64,000 nt of DNA from Flaccisagitta enflata (GCA_965153355.1 OZ231126.1:41540001-41604000), one strand, 5' to 3'. Shown: positions 47,458-63,590, counted from the stretch's first letter. The notes: generated from the sequence alone by a model not told the origin. A program made the numbers and translations.

Positions 47458-48689
47458 GTAGAGAGCTCACTCTGTTGACTTTGATCCTGCCTACTGTTAT
47501 CAAACAGCAGGCTGTAAACAACTGGTTGTAAAAATTACAGCCGGCTGTTATGCTAGAGAGTTAGCAAAAATCCAACTTTCACTACAGTATGTTTTTTCTG
47601 AACTGATACGAATGAAAATCTTATAACTTAGCAATGGAGCAAGATATTCAAAATCCGAAAAAAATGCTAGATAGATCTTTGTCTGCAGATTTTTTATCTT
47701 AAAAGGAATGATCCATCAGTTTAACAAATTAGGCCCCCACTTGCTGTAAATAAAAACGTTCATTTCTCAAATAGTATAAATTCTCAAAAGCATCTCTTAG
47801 GTACATTTTCTTAAATTCATGCTGAATCTCTATAGATCAAGCTAAAACTCCAGGAGTGGTCTTAATTAAAAGATGACTAATCATAGATGCTTATTCTGCC
47901 TCATCATGTTGACAGAATTACCAATCTTAAGTTCAGAGTCACAAATTAATCATTTTTTCTTTAAAATGTGCAAAAAAACACACTTTTTGGTGCAAAATGT
48001 TGATGATAATTGAGCCACTTGTGTTTTTAACTCAAATTGTAGGAATAAGTCAATTCAATTTGTTTACTACAGCGTCTTGGATCAAAATCAGGAAAAAAGA
48101 TACAAAGTTGTCATGATTTTATAAGAATTTTGCTTATGAATTTGGCAATTTGCTTTAAAAACACTGACTTAGCTTGTTATTACATGATGGTTGTACCATT
48201 TCATGATATACTATATGAAAAGAACATGAAAAATCTGCAAACCAACATCTATCTAGCATTTTTTTTGGATTTTGAATATCTTGTTCCATCGCAAAGTTAT
48301 AAGATTTTCATTCGTATCAGTTCAGAAAAAACATACTGTAAATAGAACGAGACCTGCAAATTTATAATCCTGGTGAAATTCTGACAACTTTGATATGTCA
48401 CAACATATATTTTTATATGAAAATAAAAATTGTTTATCAATGTTTAATAAAGTTATAATATAATGTTTAAAGATTATTCTTTATAAAAAGTGTCAAGTGT
48501 GACATGTCAAACTTCTCAGAATTTCATCAGGATTATGAATATGCTAGTCACGTTCTATTCTATCAAGGTTGGATTTTTGCCGACTTTGTAAGATGACAGC
48601 CGGCTGCAATTTTCACAACCAGTTGTTGTTTACAGCCTGCTGTTTAATAACAGTAGGTTGGATCAAAGCCAACAGAGTGAGCTCTCTAC
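47458..48689. mobile_element. Long-TIR MITE with a nested Tc1/mariner-like MITE
   Basis: GTAGAGAGCTCACTCTGTTG... TIR of more than 100 bp. Confidence 0.85.
47585..48338. mobile_element. Tc1/mariner-like MITE
   Basis: TA|CAGTATGTTTTTTCTGAACTGATACGAATGAAAATC TIR (~90 bp), TA flanks. Confidence 0.88.
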
Positions 48690-49407
48690 CTATTTTGTTT
48701 TGTCCACTGACTGTATAAGTATGTTCGTACATACGTACGTGCGTGCATGTGTCACGCAATTCAGATTTCTCCACTGTATGTCACACAGCCCAAAATTCTA
48801 CGATGAATGTCACACCATCTAGTTTTCACCAATGTAGGTCGCACAGCCCAAAATCTTCCCATCACCCAGTTTTCTTTAAATTATGTCACACAACCTAGTT
48901 TTTGGAAACGATGCTTCCCCGAGCAACCTAGAGGCTCTGGGCTAGCGCACTCCTGCGCAAGCCCAAGCAACCCCAAGCAACCAGTAAATTGTTCTTCATA
49001 TCAGGTAGGGTTACCCTACAATTTTAAATCAGGATTGGAAAAATTCGGAAATCGAAACGCTCTTTAAAGTTTTTGGGGTTTTACCCTTCTAAACAAGGCC
49101 AAGTGATGTCCAATCAGGCCCGTGGATAGAGGGGTCCATTCCCCTCTGAGAAGAGGGGCTCGGGCCCCAGGGGGGCCTGGGGGGCCCTGAGGTAGGAGAA
49201 GAGAGAAAAGTGAGGGCCTATTAAGATCAAATCAGACATGTTTTTTTATTTCTTAGATACGTCCACGCATCTCTATAAGAGGCTTTGTCCGTCCGTCCGT
49301 CCGTTGGTTGGTTGGTTGCTTGCTTGGTCCGTCACGCTCGAGTTGAAAACAATCGCAAACGATCGCAAAATCGATTTCATCATTTTAGATTCTGAAATAG
49401 GGCTGTT

Positions 49408-49509
<102 letters not shown>

Positions 49510-50489
49510 CTTTGTCTATCTGAGCTTATCTGTTTTAGTAAGAATGTCATTTATGAGCCAAGCCGCAGGTGGACGCATCGTTGTATCCCCGGGGTACTTG
49601 TTTTTTCATGTATCTTTTTGACAATATTTTGAAATGTTTTGTATTTTGTAAAGTTTTGACATTTAATGCTCTGATTTTGTTGTATCATATAAAGATAGCA
49701 TAACAAAAGAAACCAGTGGCTGTCGCCAATACTGTGGATCACGATGTGTTATTTTATTTTTCATATTTCATTTTATATGATATAAAGATATTGAGATATT
49801 TCCACGCCCCCCCCCCGCCCTGCCTTTAGGCTTCAGGTAAAGCACCCTTTCTAGAATTGGTGTTTCTCTCCAGGTGTCCGTATTTTTATGAGCTTGATGG
49901 TAACGTACATATTTGCCGTACCTCATATTTGCATACCTAAAGACAGGCCCTTATCGATCTCCCTTGGAACACGCGTATTGTGCCGTATTGAGGCTGCAAT
50001 GGAGATCATACACAAGTTTCGGCAGCTATTTTGGAACGCATTAGTGTTTTGGGTTAGACTAAGAAGGGATTTTTGCTAAATTAGTTTTGCTTAATGGAAA
50101 ACTAGGAGTGATGCACGTAGTAAATAGTCAGTGAGGGCTCACAAGGCCCTCTTCTAAATTTTTCAGTTTGGGTATATCATACCAATCTAAGTTTGGCTGT
50201 ACATCATACCAATCTAAGACCAAGACGGAGTTAAACAATTTTGACACGTTCGATGTTGAATTCATTCGCGTTCGCGTACTCATGTTATTAGCAGAGTAGG
50301 CGTACCTTGCCAACTCGCCGATCTTGCTTTCAGGCGGACTTCTTTCTCATATTTTGGAAGCCTTTGTCACGATGAATGTTGTGACGATTTGCGGACTCAC
50401 GTTGCCCGATTATTTTCAATGAATCCCATCTCAACGCCGGAAGGACCCCAAATGGACTCTCTGTCTCTGTCTGTCTCTGTCTATCTGTC

Positions 50490-50588
<99 letters not shown>

Positions 50589-50593
50589 GTCTC

Positions 50594-50676
<83 letters not shown>

Positions 50677-50691
50677 GTCTGTCTGTCTGTC

Positions 50692-50749
<58 letters not shown>

Positions 50750-51318
50750 CTATCTTTTGGCCTCCGTCGCTATCTTTTATCTAGATTTGCTGCTGTAACT
50801 GTAAGCATAGATCCATCGACGAATCTCTGATAAGTCCATTCGTGCATCCGTCCAACCGTCAAATGTACATTTGAGCTTCACTATAGTGCATGTCAATGGC
50901 TCTTGCCCAACTGTGCCTGTTCCTTACTCTCTGATATTCATTAGATTTACATGGCATATGTTATCTCATACCAATTGCTACAATGTCGTCAATATAAGCA
51001 CTGACGCGCATGTAATAAGTACCGCCAAACTGACCATCTAGAAACCCTGATATTGCATGAATCAAAGGCACGATGTCGAACATGTGCGTGGAGGCGTGTG
51101 CGACTGTACGCGTGTCTAACTATATATATTCTCTCATCGCACAGTCTGACAACGCCCGCGTTTCTTTTGTTCTTACGAGTCGAGTCGTCATCGTAATTCA
51201 AACCAAGTGGAAAGACGTGAAACCCATCAAGCGAAAATTCTGGAAGACCAAAAAGCCCGTTTCCGGTAAACAACTTGATTAAACAGAGAGACAGAGAAAA
51301 CACGAATATGACGACTGC

Positions 51319-51470
<152 letters not shown>

Positions 51471-51841
51471 GAGACAGAGACAGACAGACAGACAGACAGA
51501 CAGAGAACAAGATAGACAAAGATAGGAGACCGACAGCAATAGAGGAAACGAAAAGTAGGAAGACAGAAGCCGTAAAAGAGAGTCATTATCAGACAGAAAC
51601 AGTGACAGCGACAGACATAAATAGACAAGACTGAGAGACAGAGTTAGACGGAGACAGACGCTAAAGCAGACGGAGACAGAGTGAGAAGTGAGAAGTCGGA
51701 AGTGGAATATGCGGTGCTGAATTCCCACGCGCAGACACAAACGCACTCCAACCTCGAAATTGACGTCAACATATATTCCCCGACAGAAAAGAAGAGGGGA
51801 AAGAAGTGGGTTAGAGAATGAAGATGTAACAGTGACGAAAG

Positions 51842-51934
<93 letters not shown>

Positions 51935-52820
51935 AGAGAAAGAGAAAGAAAGAAACAAAGAGAGACAGAGAGAGTAAAAAGAGTAGACAATGGACATGTC
52001 ATGTCAGGCGAAAACATAATTACACACTCAAACACAAACGCAAAAAACACGCATGAACAGACACGCAGAAAAACACACTCTTACGCCAAAATGGTACAAA
52101 AAGAGGATTCATTGTTTTTAAAAACAACCTTTTATTTAGATCACTTATCAATACAATTGTATCTTGATATTCAACGACAAGCAAATGTTGATGAATGTTT
52201 TGATTGAACCGTAAATGCGGGACCATGTAAATTTAAAGCGACTATCAGTCGATGCCGAAAACGTCCGTTGGTAACATATGATACGATACTTGACACCCGT
52301 TATGATATGAACTGCGCAGTAGAGGTCAAAATCCATCAAACGTTTGATTAGATGAATAAAAAAATATAGGAACAAATGACTTGACTATATTGCTTATTAC
52401 AACAATTTAAAAACAATTTTTTTCAAAAATCATAATATCTTAAACATCTTTACAAAAATTAAGTTGAAACAAGGAAGTTTACCAAGGAAAAAAACAGAAT
52501 ACTGCGGCTTTGTGTTATATATCAACCGCTTTTAAACATTGCTTTCGACGTTTCTGTTGTATTGGTCCCCATTTTTGTTGTTATTGTTTTTGTTTGTTAG
52601 TTTCGGCGAGGGTGGACGACTGGGTTTGCGCCTTCGTTTTCCTGCCATCGTCGTCAACGAGGTCGTCATTGCTGTCAACGAGGATGTCATTTCCGTCAAG
52701 GAGGACATCTCCGTCGACGATGACGTCATGTCATTGTCTATGGGAGAAGTTTTGAACGTCTGACGAGACCACGAGCTTCCTGTAAGACAATATGAATGAA
52801 AAATAAATGTCTCCGTGCGT

Positions 52821-53016
<196 letters not shown>

Positions 53017-55145
53017 AAGGGGGGGGGTGGCGAGGCCGAGTGGGTGAATGTGGTTTGTGTATGATAATGGGTGAATAAGGAGTAAAGGGTGTTTGTTAAC
53101 AATTGTTCCATTGCTGTGAATCTTAAACAAAGAAAGTAGTAAAATTTGAAGCATTAGCGTATGAAAGGCATGACAAAAAACATCTTTAGTCGATCTTACG
53201 ATCTGTGAATGTATGTCTTTCTGTATGTCTGTCTGTCTGTCTGTCTGTCTGACTGTCTCTCTTTGTCTTTCTCTGTCTCTGTCTAGGTCTCTGTCTCTCT
53301 CTGTCCTTCTCATTCTCCAGCCCAAATGCTCTGGTGACCTCAACTCAAATACGTTCCATGCCCACCCGCACACCACTGGGGTAGCCGTGTATCCGGCCGT
53401 GTATCATTTATATTCTAGACTAATTCCAAGAATCTGGATTCTAGATACGGTATTTGCTATACTAATTCTATATCTAAAACCGTTTTGGATGGGTAACTAG
53501 ATTTTTGGTCGTTAATATAATCGAAACAAAATTTAAAAAACAAAAAAAAAAAAAAAACAAAACAGAAACAACAGGTCGCCCAAGGGCAATATGTGGTCAG
53601 CGATACCCGTTGCCCTGCTTTGAGTGATTGTGAATTGGAGTGAGGGGAAGCAGGGCAGCGGCCCCAAAGGGGACGAAGTCCTGTAGAACACAGGGGGACT
53701 TTTGTTCGTCCTGCCTGAAGAAGTGGATGAGATGCTATAGAGGGCTTCCTGAAGGCCTTCAAGAGCCTAAATCGAGGTCTAAGATGGCTGATGTAATGCC
53801 AATCGGAAGCTTGAGAGGGCCGATTTGATGCTTGAGAGAGCTGGATTAAGGCTTGAAAGGAGCATCCATGCTAGGATTGGAGCCTCCTGGCTGGGTTTTG
53901 AGCCTTGAGGCTGGGATTTGCACCTTGAGGCTGGGATTTGCACCTCGATGCTGGGATTTGAGCCTTGAGGCTAGGATTAGAGCCTCGAGTCTGGGATTTG
54001 AGCCTTGAGGCCGGGATTTGAGCCTTGAAGCTGGGATTTGAGGTCTGAGGTCAATTGAGGCAGGGCCCCGAAGGAGACAAAGTCCTGTAGACCATGGAGG
54101 TTCCAAGCTAGGTTTTGATCCTCCTGGCTGGGTTTAGAGCCTCGTGGCTCAAATCTTAGCCTCAAAGCTGGGATTTGAGCCTTGAGGCTGGGATTTGAGC
54201 CCCAATGCTGGGATTAGAGCCTCGAGGCTAAGATTTGAGCCTTGAGGCTGGGATTTGAGCCTTGAGGCAGGGGGGGACGCACACGAACGAACGGACGGAC
54301 GAACGAAAGTCCCCCTGTGTTCTACAGGACTTCGTCCCCTTCGGGGCCGCTGCCCAAAAACCGTATATTATGGCTTACTGCGACAACATCGGATTACTTT
54401 TCTTCGCAAACTATTTGACTTTTGAGTCTGTAAAATTTAAGTGTTACTGTACAAAACAAACGACGTAGTCGATGTAATCACGGGTGACCAAAAAATCATA
54501 TTTCTATCGCTACCAGGCAATTAGGTTATTCCCCTCCTATTGGACGTAATACATGTGGTAGACGTGGAATTGCGGATTCGCTGGAACAATATCTCAGAGG
54601 ACATTGACATGCTGCCGACAAATCCGAACGCGAACGTGACAAAAAAAGAAAAAAAAAAGCTGCGGCTACAACCAAGGATTATTATTTGTCACAAAGGAAG
54701 AGGAGAAATATGAAACTTTCTTCCCAAAAAATTGAATTCGAGTTGTGGAAAAAAGAGAAGGGGATGGTAATCGTTCCCATTTAAATGAGTGAGAAATGGG
54801 GCAATATCAGATTTCCCTTTTAAGATGTTTGGTTGTGATTATACTAACTTTTTTGAGAGATTGGAAAGAGTTTTCTTTGGCTGCGCGTGATATGAGAAAA
54901 GATGATGATGATAAAAAGTTTAAAAAACGGTTTAACAAGAATGTTAAAGAAAATACGTGGAAACCTCCAGATTTATTACAAATTATAAGAGTCGCGCGTT
55001 AAATTTATGAGACGTTGATGGCGATTCAACGCGCATCAATGCTACGCCGCTTTTCAACTGATAAGTTTTTGTGTTGGAGCTTTTATTTCTCTTTCAAACA
55101 CAAAAATAAGTCTCGATTTCATTAATTTTGTTTAGAACGAAAGAT

Positions 55146-55492
<347 letters not shown>

Positions 55493-55732
55493 TCAAAGCG
55501 TGTACACAGCGGAGTTATGTTTCATCGCACCCTGAAGGTACCTCAACGAGATATTTTTACAATTTTTACTGCCTGTCGGCTGCCATTGTTGTAGAGCCAT
55601 TCCAGCTTTTTTTCGCTCTGTCCTTGTTTGTTTCTTTCTCTCATTGGCTCTCTCTCTCTGTCTCTGTCTGTCTCTCTCTCTCTCTGTCTCTCTCTATCTT
55701 TCTTTCTTTCTTTCTTTTTTTCTGTCTGTCTG

Positions 55733-55886
<154 letters not shown>

Positions 55887-56663
55887 CGCGCCACTTCTTC
55901 CGCCGAGGCCTCATCGTCGTTGTCTGTTTCCACCTCGGGCTTGCCAGCGTCTTGCTTGAGTCGTAACTTGGCCTCAGACGAGCGCAGAAAACGACGGTGT
56001 TCGTCATTTCCGTCACCTCCACCCCCCCCCCCCCCCCCGTCGGGGTTCGTCATTAAGCCCCGGCCAACAACTGAAGCTCGGCCGTCGGCACAGTCGAGCG
56101 TATCACAGGCAAGGAAACGCCAGGGGGGGGGGCGGCTTATACGAGCTTTTAGCATCAGCAATCACGAGCCGCCAGTAAATCAGCTTAATTTTGAGGTCCC
56201 AGATTTTACTGACTTTCTGTTTTGAGTTTCTATTTTGAAACAGGAACTTAAGAGATGTTTCAAAGAAAGTTTGCGCAAATATTTGAACTTTTGCTGAGCC
56301 AATGGTATCTTTGGAATTGATGTGCTATAAGAAACAAAATGCGCAACTGGGTACCACTTTTAGCTACTTTTGTTTACATAGTTTTTCAGAACTGGCGACT
56401 CTTTTTTGCTGATGATAAGCTTGCATGCCTCCATGAAGCATATCGGGGTACATGCTTGATTGTATTCGTGTTTAACATGCATGCTCACACGATTCACAAA
56501 GCATATATCAAAAAGTTTCATCATAAGCTCTCTCATAGATTTTACTACGGCATAAATGGGCGACCAACAGAAAGTCCACGCGATGACGAAATGGCATTTT
56601 GAGTGCTTTAATGTGAAGTCATGCGAAGTCTACACCGGAGTAAAAACAATAGGAAGAATGAAA

Positions 56664-56716
<53 letters not shown>

Positions 56717-57493
56717 GCAGACAGTCAAAGACAGTCAAAGACAGTCACAGACAGTCACAGAGAGAGGAGAGCGTGAGCATTCTGTTGGTGGTGCGCAGTG
56801 ACGCGTACAGCAGAGTTCGGTAATGGTAAATATATGCCCCAGAATTGAGAGTGAATGGAGAAGCGGAAGCGGTAGACCACAGCGCCGCGTTGAACGACGT
56901 CGCAATTCGCCGTCTCTGGGTGTTGGGAACCTGGCCTGGAGCCCTAAAACAAGGTCCTGAGTGCATAGAGACCGACAGCGACAGCGGCACATTGGCCTGG
57001 CAGTGCCGCATTGGCGGAATGACAGCGACTCGACAGCGGACCAGCATCATCGGATACGGGCACGTGAGCGGTAAAGGGGCTTCGGATGCCGACCAGGGAA
57101 AGTTATCACGAAGCAGCCGCAAATTTAGCGAGGTGTGTCGACCAGCATGGCTTAGAGACCTTGTGGACCGATAAGTCCTAACGACCGACCGACCAACCGA
57201 CCTACTAAATACCAAAACGAAGGATACGCGACGGAATTGAGCGTGAACTGGGTAGTGGTGAGAGTGTGACTGTGTAGGGTTGGTGCTGTGTGCGTCTGTG
57301 TGTGTCTGTGTGTGTGTGTCGCAGGTGTTGCACAAACGAAAAAAAAACGTTTTTAGCTGCAATAACGCGAAAAGCCGAAACCCTCGTTTTCTTTCCAACT
57401 GTAAAATTCCCACTTTTATAACCTTCCCGCTCTAATTTTTCCCCGGCCGTGACAGAGCAAAAAACTACTCACGCATTTGAAAAAGAGGGAAAT

Positions 57494-57548
<55 letters not shown>

Positions 57549-59241
57549 TGAGTACAAGTGCACTGCGCACAGTAAGTGGGCAGGATATAAACACTTTGGA
57601 CAGGATAAAAATAGGTTTACCGACCGTTGCGATTTTGATTTTCTACTTAAATCTAAGTGCGCTCTATGCCCGATCGTGTGGCCCGTCCGTTGGTCGGTTG
57701 GGCCGACACGTAAACGAATGAGGATCAACTTGTCTGTAATTTTGTAGATGAGCTATCGCACTTGAATTTCCCGAAAATTCCGCCAGAACAAACTTTCAAT
57801 CGGCGAGTAGATATTAAGCCCTAAAACACCCCTTCCCCTAGCACTAGCCCTAACCCCAACCCTAACCTTACCCCTAAGACTAATCCTGACCTTATCCCTA
57901 ACCCTAACACTAACTCTACCCCTAACCCTAACTCGTTACCCGCTTTCGAGTGGTTGACCGCTAAAAAGAAAAAACAAAAGGGCGCTAAGTCTCGGTAAAC
58001 GTGACCAACTTGGCTCCTCTTTTGGCCAACTTGGTCTTGTTTCCAAGGTATCAGAAAAACAACAGACAAATTTCAGTAAGACGTTGTTTCTGACAGCCAA
58101 ATCGACAAAATCGTGTAGAAAAAGACTATGCCAAAACTGGAGCGCGGAATCGAAGTACCAAACAGATCATACAGGTAACAATCATTTGCCCTTATCTATT
58201 TGGTAAGCATTAGTATTTTGGGTTAGACTCAGAATGGATGTTTGCTTAGTTGGTTATGCTAAATGGAAAACTAGGAGCGATGCGCGTATTAACAAGTCAG
58301 TGAGGGCCAGCAGGGCTCTCTTCCATATATATATCAGTTTGGATATAGTGACGGAAATTGTTCCACTTGTCATGAACATTAACATATACGATTCACCCTC
58401 GACTTTTTCAAGGTGAACGAGTGTAACAAAACCAACGAACACATGGCTGCTTTTGCAATCAGCTGTACACAAGGGGTCTCTCTCTCGACAAAGAGCAAAA
58501 GCGTTCGATGGAGAAAATTAGCGCGAAAGGAGGAGCCAAAAGCGCGCTTAAAAGGAGAAGACCGGAGAAGAACGACAACAACAAAAACGAAGAAGAACGG
58601 AAAGACACGCGCTAACTCGGTTTGTTAATGTCCTCGATGCCAGCTGGAGACATGAATCCCGACAGCGGGAAAAACATCAAAAGATACCAAAGAGAAGAAA
58701 AAATAGTCGCAAAAGCATTAGCAGGTCACCTGTACCCGATGCCCCTGAGTTAGCATTGAGCGTTGAGTTTTGAGGGTAATATGTGAGAGAGGCATGGCCC
58801 CTAAGGGCCTGATGACCTATGCGCATGAAAACTCATGGCGTGAGTTCTAGTCTAAGGGGTTAAGATGAGGACGTCAATTTTGGCATCAACGCCAAGGGTG
58901 GAATTTAGACTTCAACGCTAGAATTGGGCCTCAAGTCAGAGCCTCAAGGCAGGGATTGGAGCTTCGATACTTAGCCTTCGATACTATGCCATTTGAGGCT
59001 GAGATTCAGGCCTGAAGGGCAGGGTTTTATGCCTAGAGGTGGGATTTGAGCCTGGAGGCTAGGATTTGAGCGTTGATGCATGATGCTAAGCTTACAAGAT
59101 TTTAGATTTATGCTTCAATGTTGAGATTTGAGCCTTGAAGAGGGGTGAAAGAAGGAGGAGCAGAAATTAGCCCATATGTGAAAGACCCCCTTTGGGGCTG
59201 CTGCCAAAAGAAAGAGAGAAAGAAAAATCGAAAACAGACAA

Positions 59242-59935
59242 AAACAGGTCGCCCAAGGGCAATATGTGGTCAGCGATACCCGTTGCCCTGCTTTGAATGA
59301 TTGTGAAATGGATTGAGGGGAAGCAGGGCAGCGGCCCCGAAGGGGACGAAGTCCTGTAGAACACAGGGGGACTTTCGTTCGTCCTACCTGAAGAAGTTGA
59401 TGAGATGCTATAGAGAGCTGACTGAAGGTATTCAAGAGCCTAAACTGAGGTTTAAGAAGGCTGATGTAAGGCTTGAGAATGCCGATTGGAAGCTTTAGAG
59501 AGCTGACTTGAAGCTTGAGAGAGCTGGATTAAGGCTTGAAAGGCCAGAGGACTGATTTGAAGCCTGAGAGCAATAAATTGAGGTTTAGATGGCTGATTTG
59601 AGGCCTGAGAGGCCTAATTTGAGGTATAAGAGGCCAGGTTTGAGGCCTGAGAATTTGGATTTGAGGCCTGAGAGGCCAGATTTGAGGCCTGAGAGGCCAG
59701 ATTTGAGGCCTGAGAGGCCAAATTTAAGGCCTGAGAGGCCAGTTTTGAGGCCTGAGAGGCCAAATTTGAGGCCCGAGAGGCCAGATTTGAGGCCTGAGAG
59801 GCTGGATTTGAGGTCTGAGGGGTCTGATGAGGGGGGGGACTAACAAACGGACGAACGGACGAACGGACGAACGGACGGACGAACGAAAGTCCCCCTGTGT
59901 TCTACAGGACTTCGTCTCCTTCGGGGCCGCTGCCC
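59242..59935 (-). mobile_element. HINE-like family B (asymmetric ~45-bp subTIRs, internal 21-bp array)
   Basis: GGGCAGCGGCCCCGAAGGGGACGAAGTCCTGTAGAACACAGGGGGA inverted pair, one copy ~85 bp inside the end. Other copies ~3772-4387, 4405-4951, 5115-5655, 7355-7892, 53568-54356; degenerate at ~36930-37060 and ~46700-47235. Confidence 0.72.
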
Positions 59936-60221
59936 AAAAAGAACAAATGTAAGCAGACGCCCGACCGTTGTCACAACAACATCTACATTAACAAACACAA
60001 CTTGTTCGTAAATCCAACGACAGATGCGACAGCTGCGTCAAGATTCATCGTTTATGGTTCGCCAAGACACATCTTGACTCGTCAATTTCGACTGCGAGTT
60101 TTAGCTGGACAGACAACGAGAAAAAAACGCAACAGATATTGCTCACGCACTAATGCAATCGACCGCTAAAGTGCTTTACACCGAGTGGCTGATCATCTGA
60201 TCCATGCAATTGTAACACACA

Positions 60222-60561
<340 letters not shown>

Positions 60562-60617
60562 TCGACAAAAAATATGATGACGTTGTCGTTAATGATGATG
60601 ATGATGATGATGATGAT

Positions 60618-60950
60618 CAGGGGCGTATTTGAGCCAAAATTTTTGGGGCAGCAAACAAAAATCTGTGTCCCAACGAGTATTGTGTCCCAATGATTTTTCT
60701 TTTACCTTTGTGTTTAATTATGTAATTAAAATTACTAATTTGTATTGCTTTTTAATGTAACTATTGTTTTATCATAAAAAGGAAGTTTTGCTTTACTACA
60801 GTGTAAAATGTTTACAATTTATAGCATAAACAAGCCAAAAGATATTCTGTCATATAACTTATTTTATTACATTTTTGTGTCCCGATGGGGTTTGTGCCCC
60901 AACAAAAAGGGCAGCACTTGCTGCCCCTGATGCCCCGTCAAATACGCCCC

Positions 60951-60952
<2 letters not shown>
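60618..60952. mobile_element. hAT-like MITE inserted in (ATG)n
   Basis: 15-bp TIR CAGGGGCGTATTTGA. Confidence 0.82.
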
Positions 60953-60990
<38 letters not shown>

Positions 60991-61133
60991 AATGATGATG
61001 ATGATGTTGATGATGATTGATGATTATAAAGATGTTGTCCAAAGCCAGACTTTTCTACGATAATCATGATACTAGCGGATATTTGATTTAGTATAACTTT
61101 ACGCAGCCTGTATAATCACATCATCTACCCTAC

Positions 61134-61329
61134 CGGTTTCTAGTTCGCTGGCCGTCTGTTCCGATTCCGTGAGGGGTTGTTCTCCGGGCGTCAACGCCGC
61201 GATGGCTTCTCCGCATTTGACGCCACCGATGACGTCACTTCCGGTTTCACTCTTCATCGCTCCCAAACCGACTTCCAAGATGCACGTCGAAGGCGGAGAG
61301 TCAACGCCGCCGACCGACGTGGCCACCAC
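61134..61329 (-). CDS. FN3-domain gene, predicted exon (VVATSVGGVDSPPSTCILEVG...)
   Basis: catcttcag| phase-0 acceptor, G|GTAGGG donor (or read-through to stop at 61099); FN3 strands F/G. Confidence 0.6.
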
Positions 61330-61360
61330 CTGAAGATGATTTATGAGGGGAAATTCATGT

Positions 61361-61481
<121 letters not shown>

Positions 61482-62019
61482 ACAGACAGACAGACAGACA
61501 GACAGAGACAGACAGACAGAGACAGACTGAGAGACAGAGACAGACTCACAGAAAGCTAGGTGTCAACAGCACGACGCATGACGCGGTCGATTTTCATGCC
61601 ACTTTCACCGCTGCCGCTTCCTTTTCCATTTTACAGTTTGAAAATTAGTAGCTATCACATCCACATTCCTGACAGACTCAATAGCAGTCAAACAATCAGA
61701 CAGGTAAACAAAGACGGAAATACAGACATACGGACAGAATGACGGACGAACAGACAAACAGGTAAACAAAAAAAAGGACTGACTTCCTACAGGAACAGCT
61801 CAACCGAGTAGAAGTTCCTCGACTGAACAAAGACCTTGAAGAAAAGGGAAAGGAGGGGAAATGAAATTGCTGACTAATCTACTTGGTAATGAAGAAAAAA
61901 GGGTTCAATTATTTGCAAATGGAGTTAGTCACCTTGAGGCAAGGATAGAGAGGAAGGAAATAACGGTAAACGAGACAAAGATAGAGACAAACGAATTAAT
62001 AGAAACACGGCCTAGTCAC

Positions 62020-62117
62020 CTTGAAGCAAATGTAGTCGGAACCGAAGTCTTTGTAGGGATGTTTGGGGAACGAAGATGAATCCACCAGAATCTTCGTTTG
62101 CAAGGCCGACGGAACCA
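62020..62117 (-). CDS. FN3-domain gene, predicted exon (VVPSALQTKILVDSSSFPKHPYKDFGSDYICFK)
   Basis: ttttcctctccag acceptor, AAG|GTGACT donor, phase 1-0. Confidence 0.62.
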
Positions 62118-62147
62118 CTGGAGAGGAAAATAAGGGATTGATGAAAT

Positions 62148-62149
<2 letters not shown>

Positions 62150-62246
<97 letters not shown>

Positions 62247-62377
62247 AGAAAGAAAGTAAGAAAGAAAGAAAGAAAGAACGAAAGAAAGAAAGAAAGGAAG
62301 AAAGATAGAAAGAAAAAAGAAAGAAAGGCAGAAAGAAAAAAAGAAAGAAAGGCAGAAAGAAAGAAAGAAAGGCAGAG

Positions 62378-62448
<71 letters not shown>

Positions 62449-62477
62449 AAAAAAGAAAAGAAAAGAGTAAGAAAGAC

Positions 62478-62524
<47 letters not shown>

Positions 62525-62530
62525 GTGAAA

Positions 62531-62606
<76 letters not shown>

Positions 62607-62607
62607 G
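62150..62607. repeat. (GA)n plus (GAAA)n microsatellite (intronic)
   Basis: Directly visible. Further (GA/CT/GT)n tracts at ~30440, 37183, 37945, 49410, 50457, 51322, 51844, 52822, 55647, 60214, 61365. Confidence 0.95.
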
Positions 62608-62663
62608 TCATGCTCATATAGAAAATGACAAAGACAAAAGAGCCTTGAGATGTTTGTGGTCAC

Positions 62664-62699
62664 CTTCAACTAATTCGTCGTTGACGAAGATGCGATAGC
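62664..62699 (-). CDS. FN3-domain gene, predicted 36-nt exon (GYRIFVNDELVE)
   Basis: aaag| acceptor, GAAG|GTGACC donor, phase 1-1; FN3 strand C pattern GY.I.VN. Confidence 0.55.
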
Positions 62700-62702
62700 C
62701 TT

Positions 62703-63590
62703 TAACTTGTACTCCGTTGGAATATCCAAATTCGTCCATCGGTGGCATCACCCATCCTAAGGTTTGACAGAGTTCCTCCATTTAGAGACTCTATACCAAG
62801 TTTCAACCAATTTGGTTGAAAAATATCAAAATTGGGCAAGTTTTTCACTTTCGGGCCGGTAGGCTGGTTTAGTGGTACGCTGCTTAGGCCGGTTAGCATA
62901 TTCAAACGCATATAAATCACATACATGTGTTGAATCCCTCCATTTAGAGACTCCAAAACAAATTTCAACCAAATCAGTTGAAACATGTCAAAGATATGCA
63001 TTTTTTTCACTTTTATGCTGGTAGGCTGGTTGGGTGGTAGGCTGGTTTGACAGGATAAATAGTGTGCAAATGTTGAGTTCTTCCATTTAGAGACTCCATA
63101 CCAAGTTTCAACCCAATTGGTTGAAAAATGTTGAAGTTATGCAATTTTTTCACTTTTAGGCCGGTAAGCTGGTTGGGTGGTAGGTCGGTTTGGCTGGTTA
63201 GCATACTCAAATGCATATAAATCACATACATAATTACATATGTTGAGTCCTTCCATTTGGAGACTCCAAACCAAATTTCAACCAAATTGATTAAAAAATG
63301 GCAGAGTTGTGCACGTTTTTCACTTTTAGGTCGGTAGGCTGTTTGGGCCAGTTGGGTTGGTCGGATCACAAAAATTGGATAGGATGTAAAGCGCCTTACC
63401 CTAGTACAACTCTCCACCAAATTTGAACCAAATCGGTCAAAGCACAAAAAAGTTATCCATTTTTCAAAATGAACACGACAATGAAAACAACAACGACAAC
63501 GAAGACGACGACGACGACGACGACGACGACGACACCCACCCGCCTTGAATTATAGTCCGCGTCGGAATGATATTCCGTCGCGGACAAAAA
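62703..63590 (-). mobile_element. HINE-like family C with central ~140-170-bp tandem repeats
   Basis: Terminal hairpin GTCCGCGTCGGAAT..ATTCCGTCGCGGAC next to an A-run, (GAC)n, four units starting CCATTT(A/G)GAGACTC at ~62778, 62940, 63083, 63253. Confidence 0.68.

Noticed and set aside
58805-58840. Hammerhead ribozyme core (CTGATGA...GAAA)
   Set aside because: No compatible stems; the sequence is a decayed family-B subTIR.
59589-59843. DLRPERP repeat protein or CRISPR-like array
   Set aside because: A 21-bp tandem array inside a HINE; no unique spacers and no cas genes, in a eukaryotic context.
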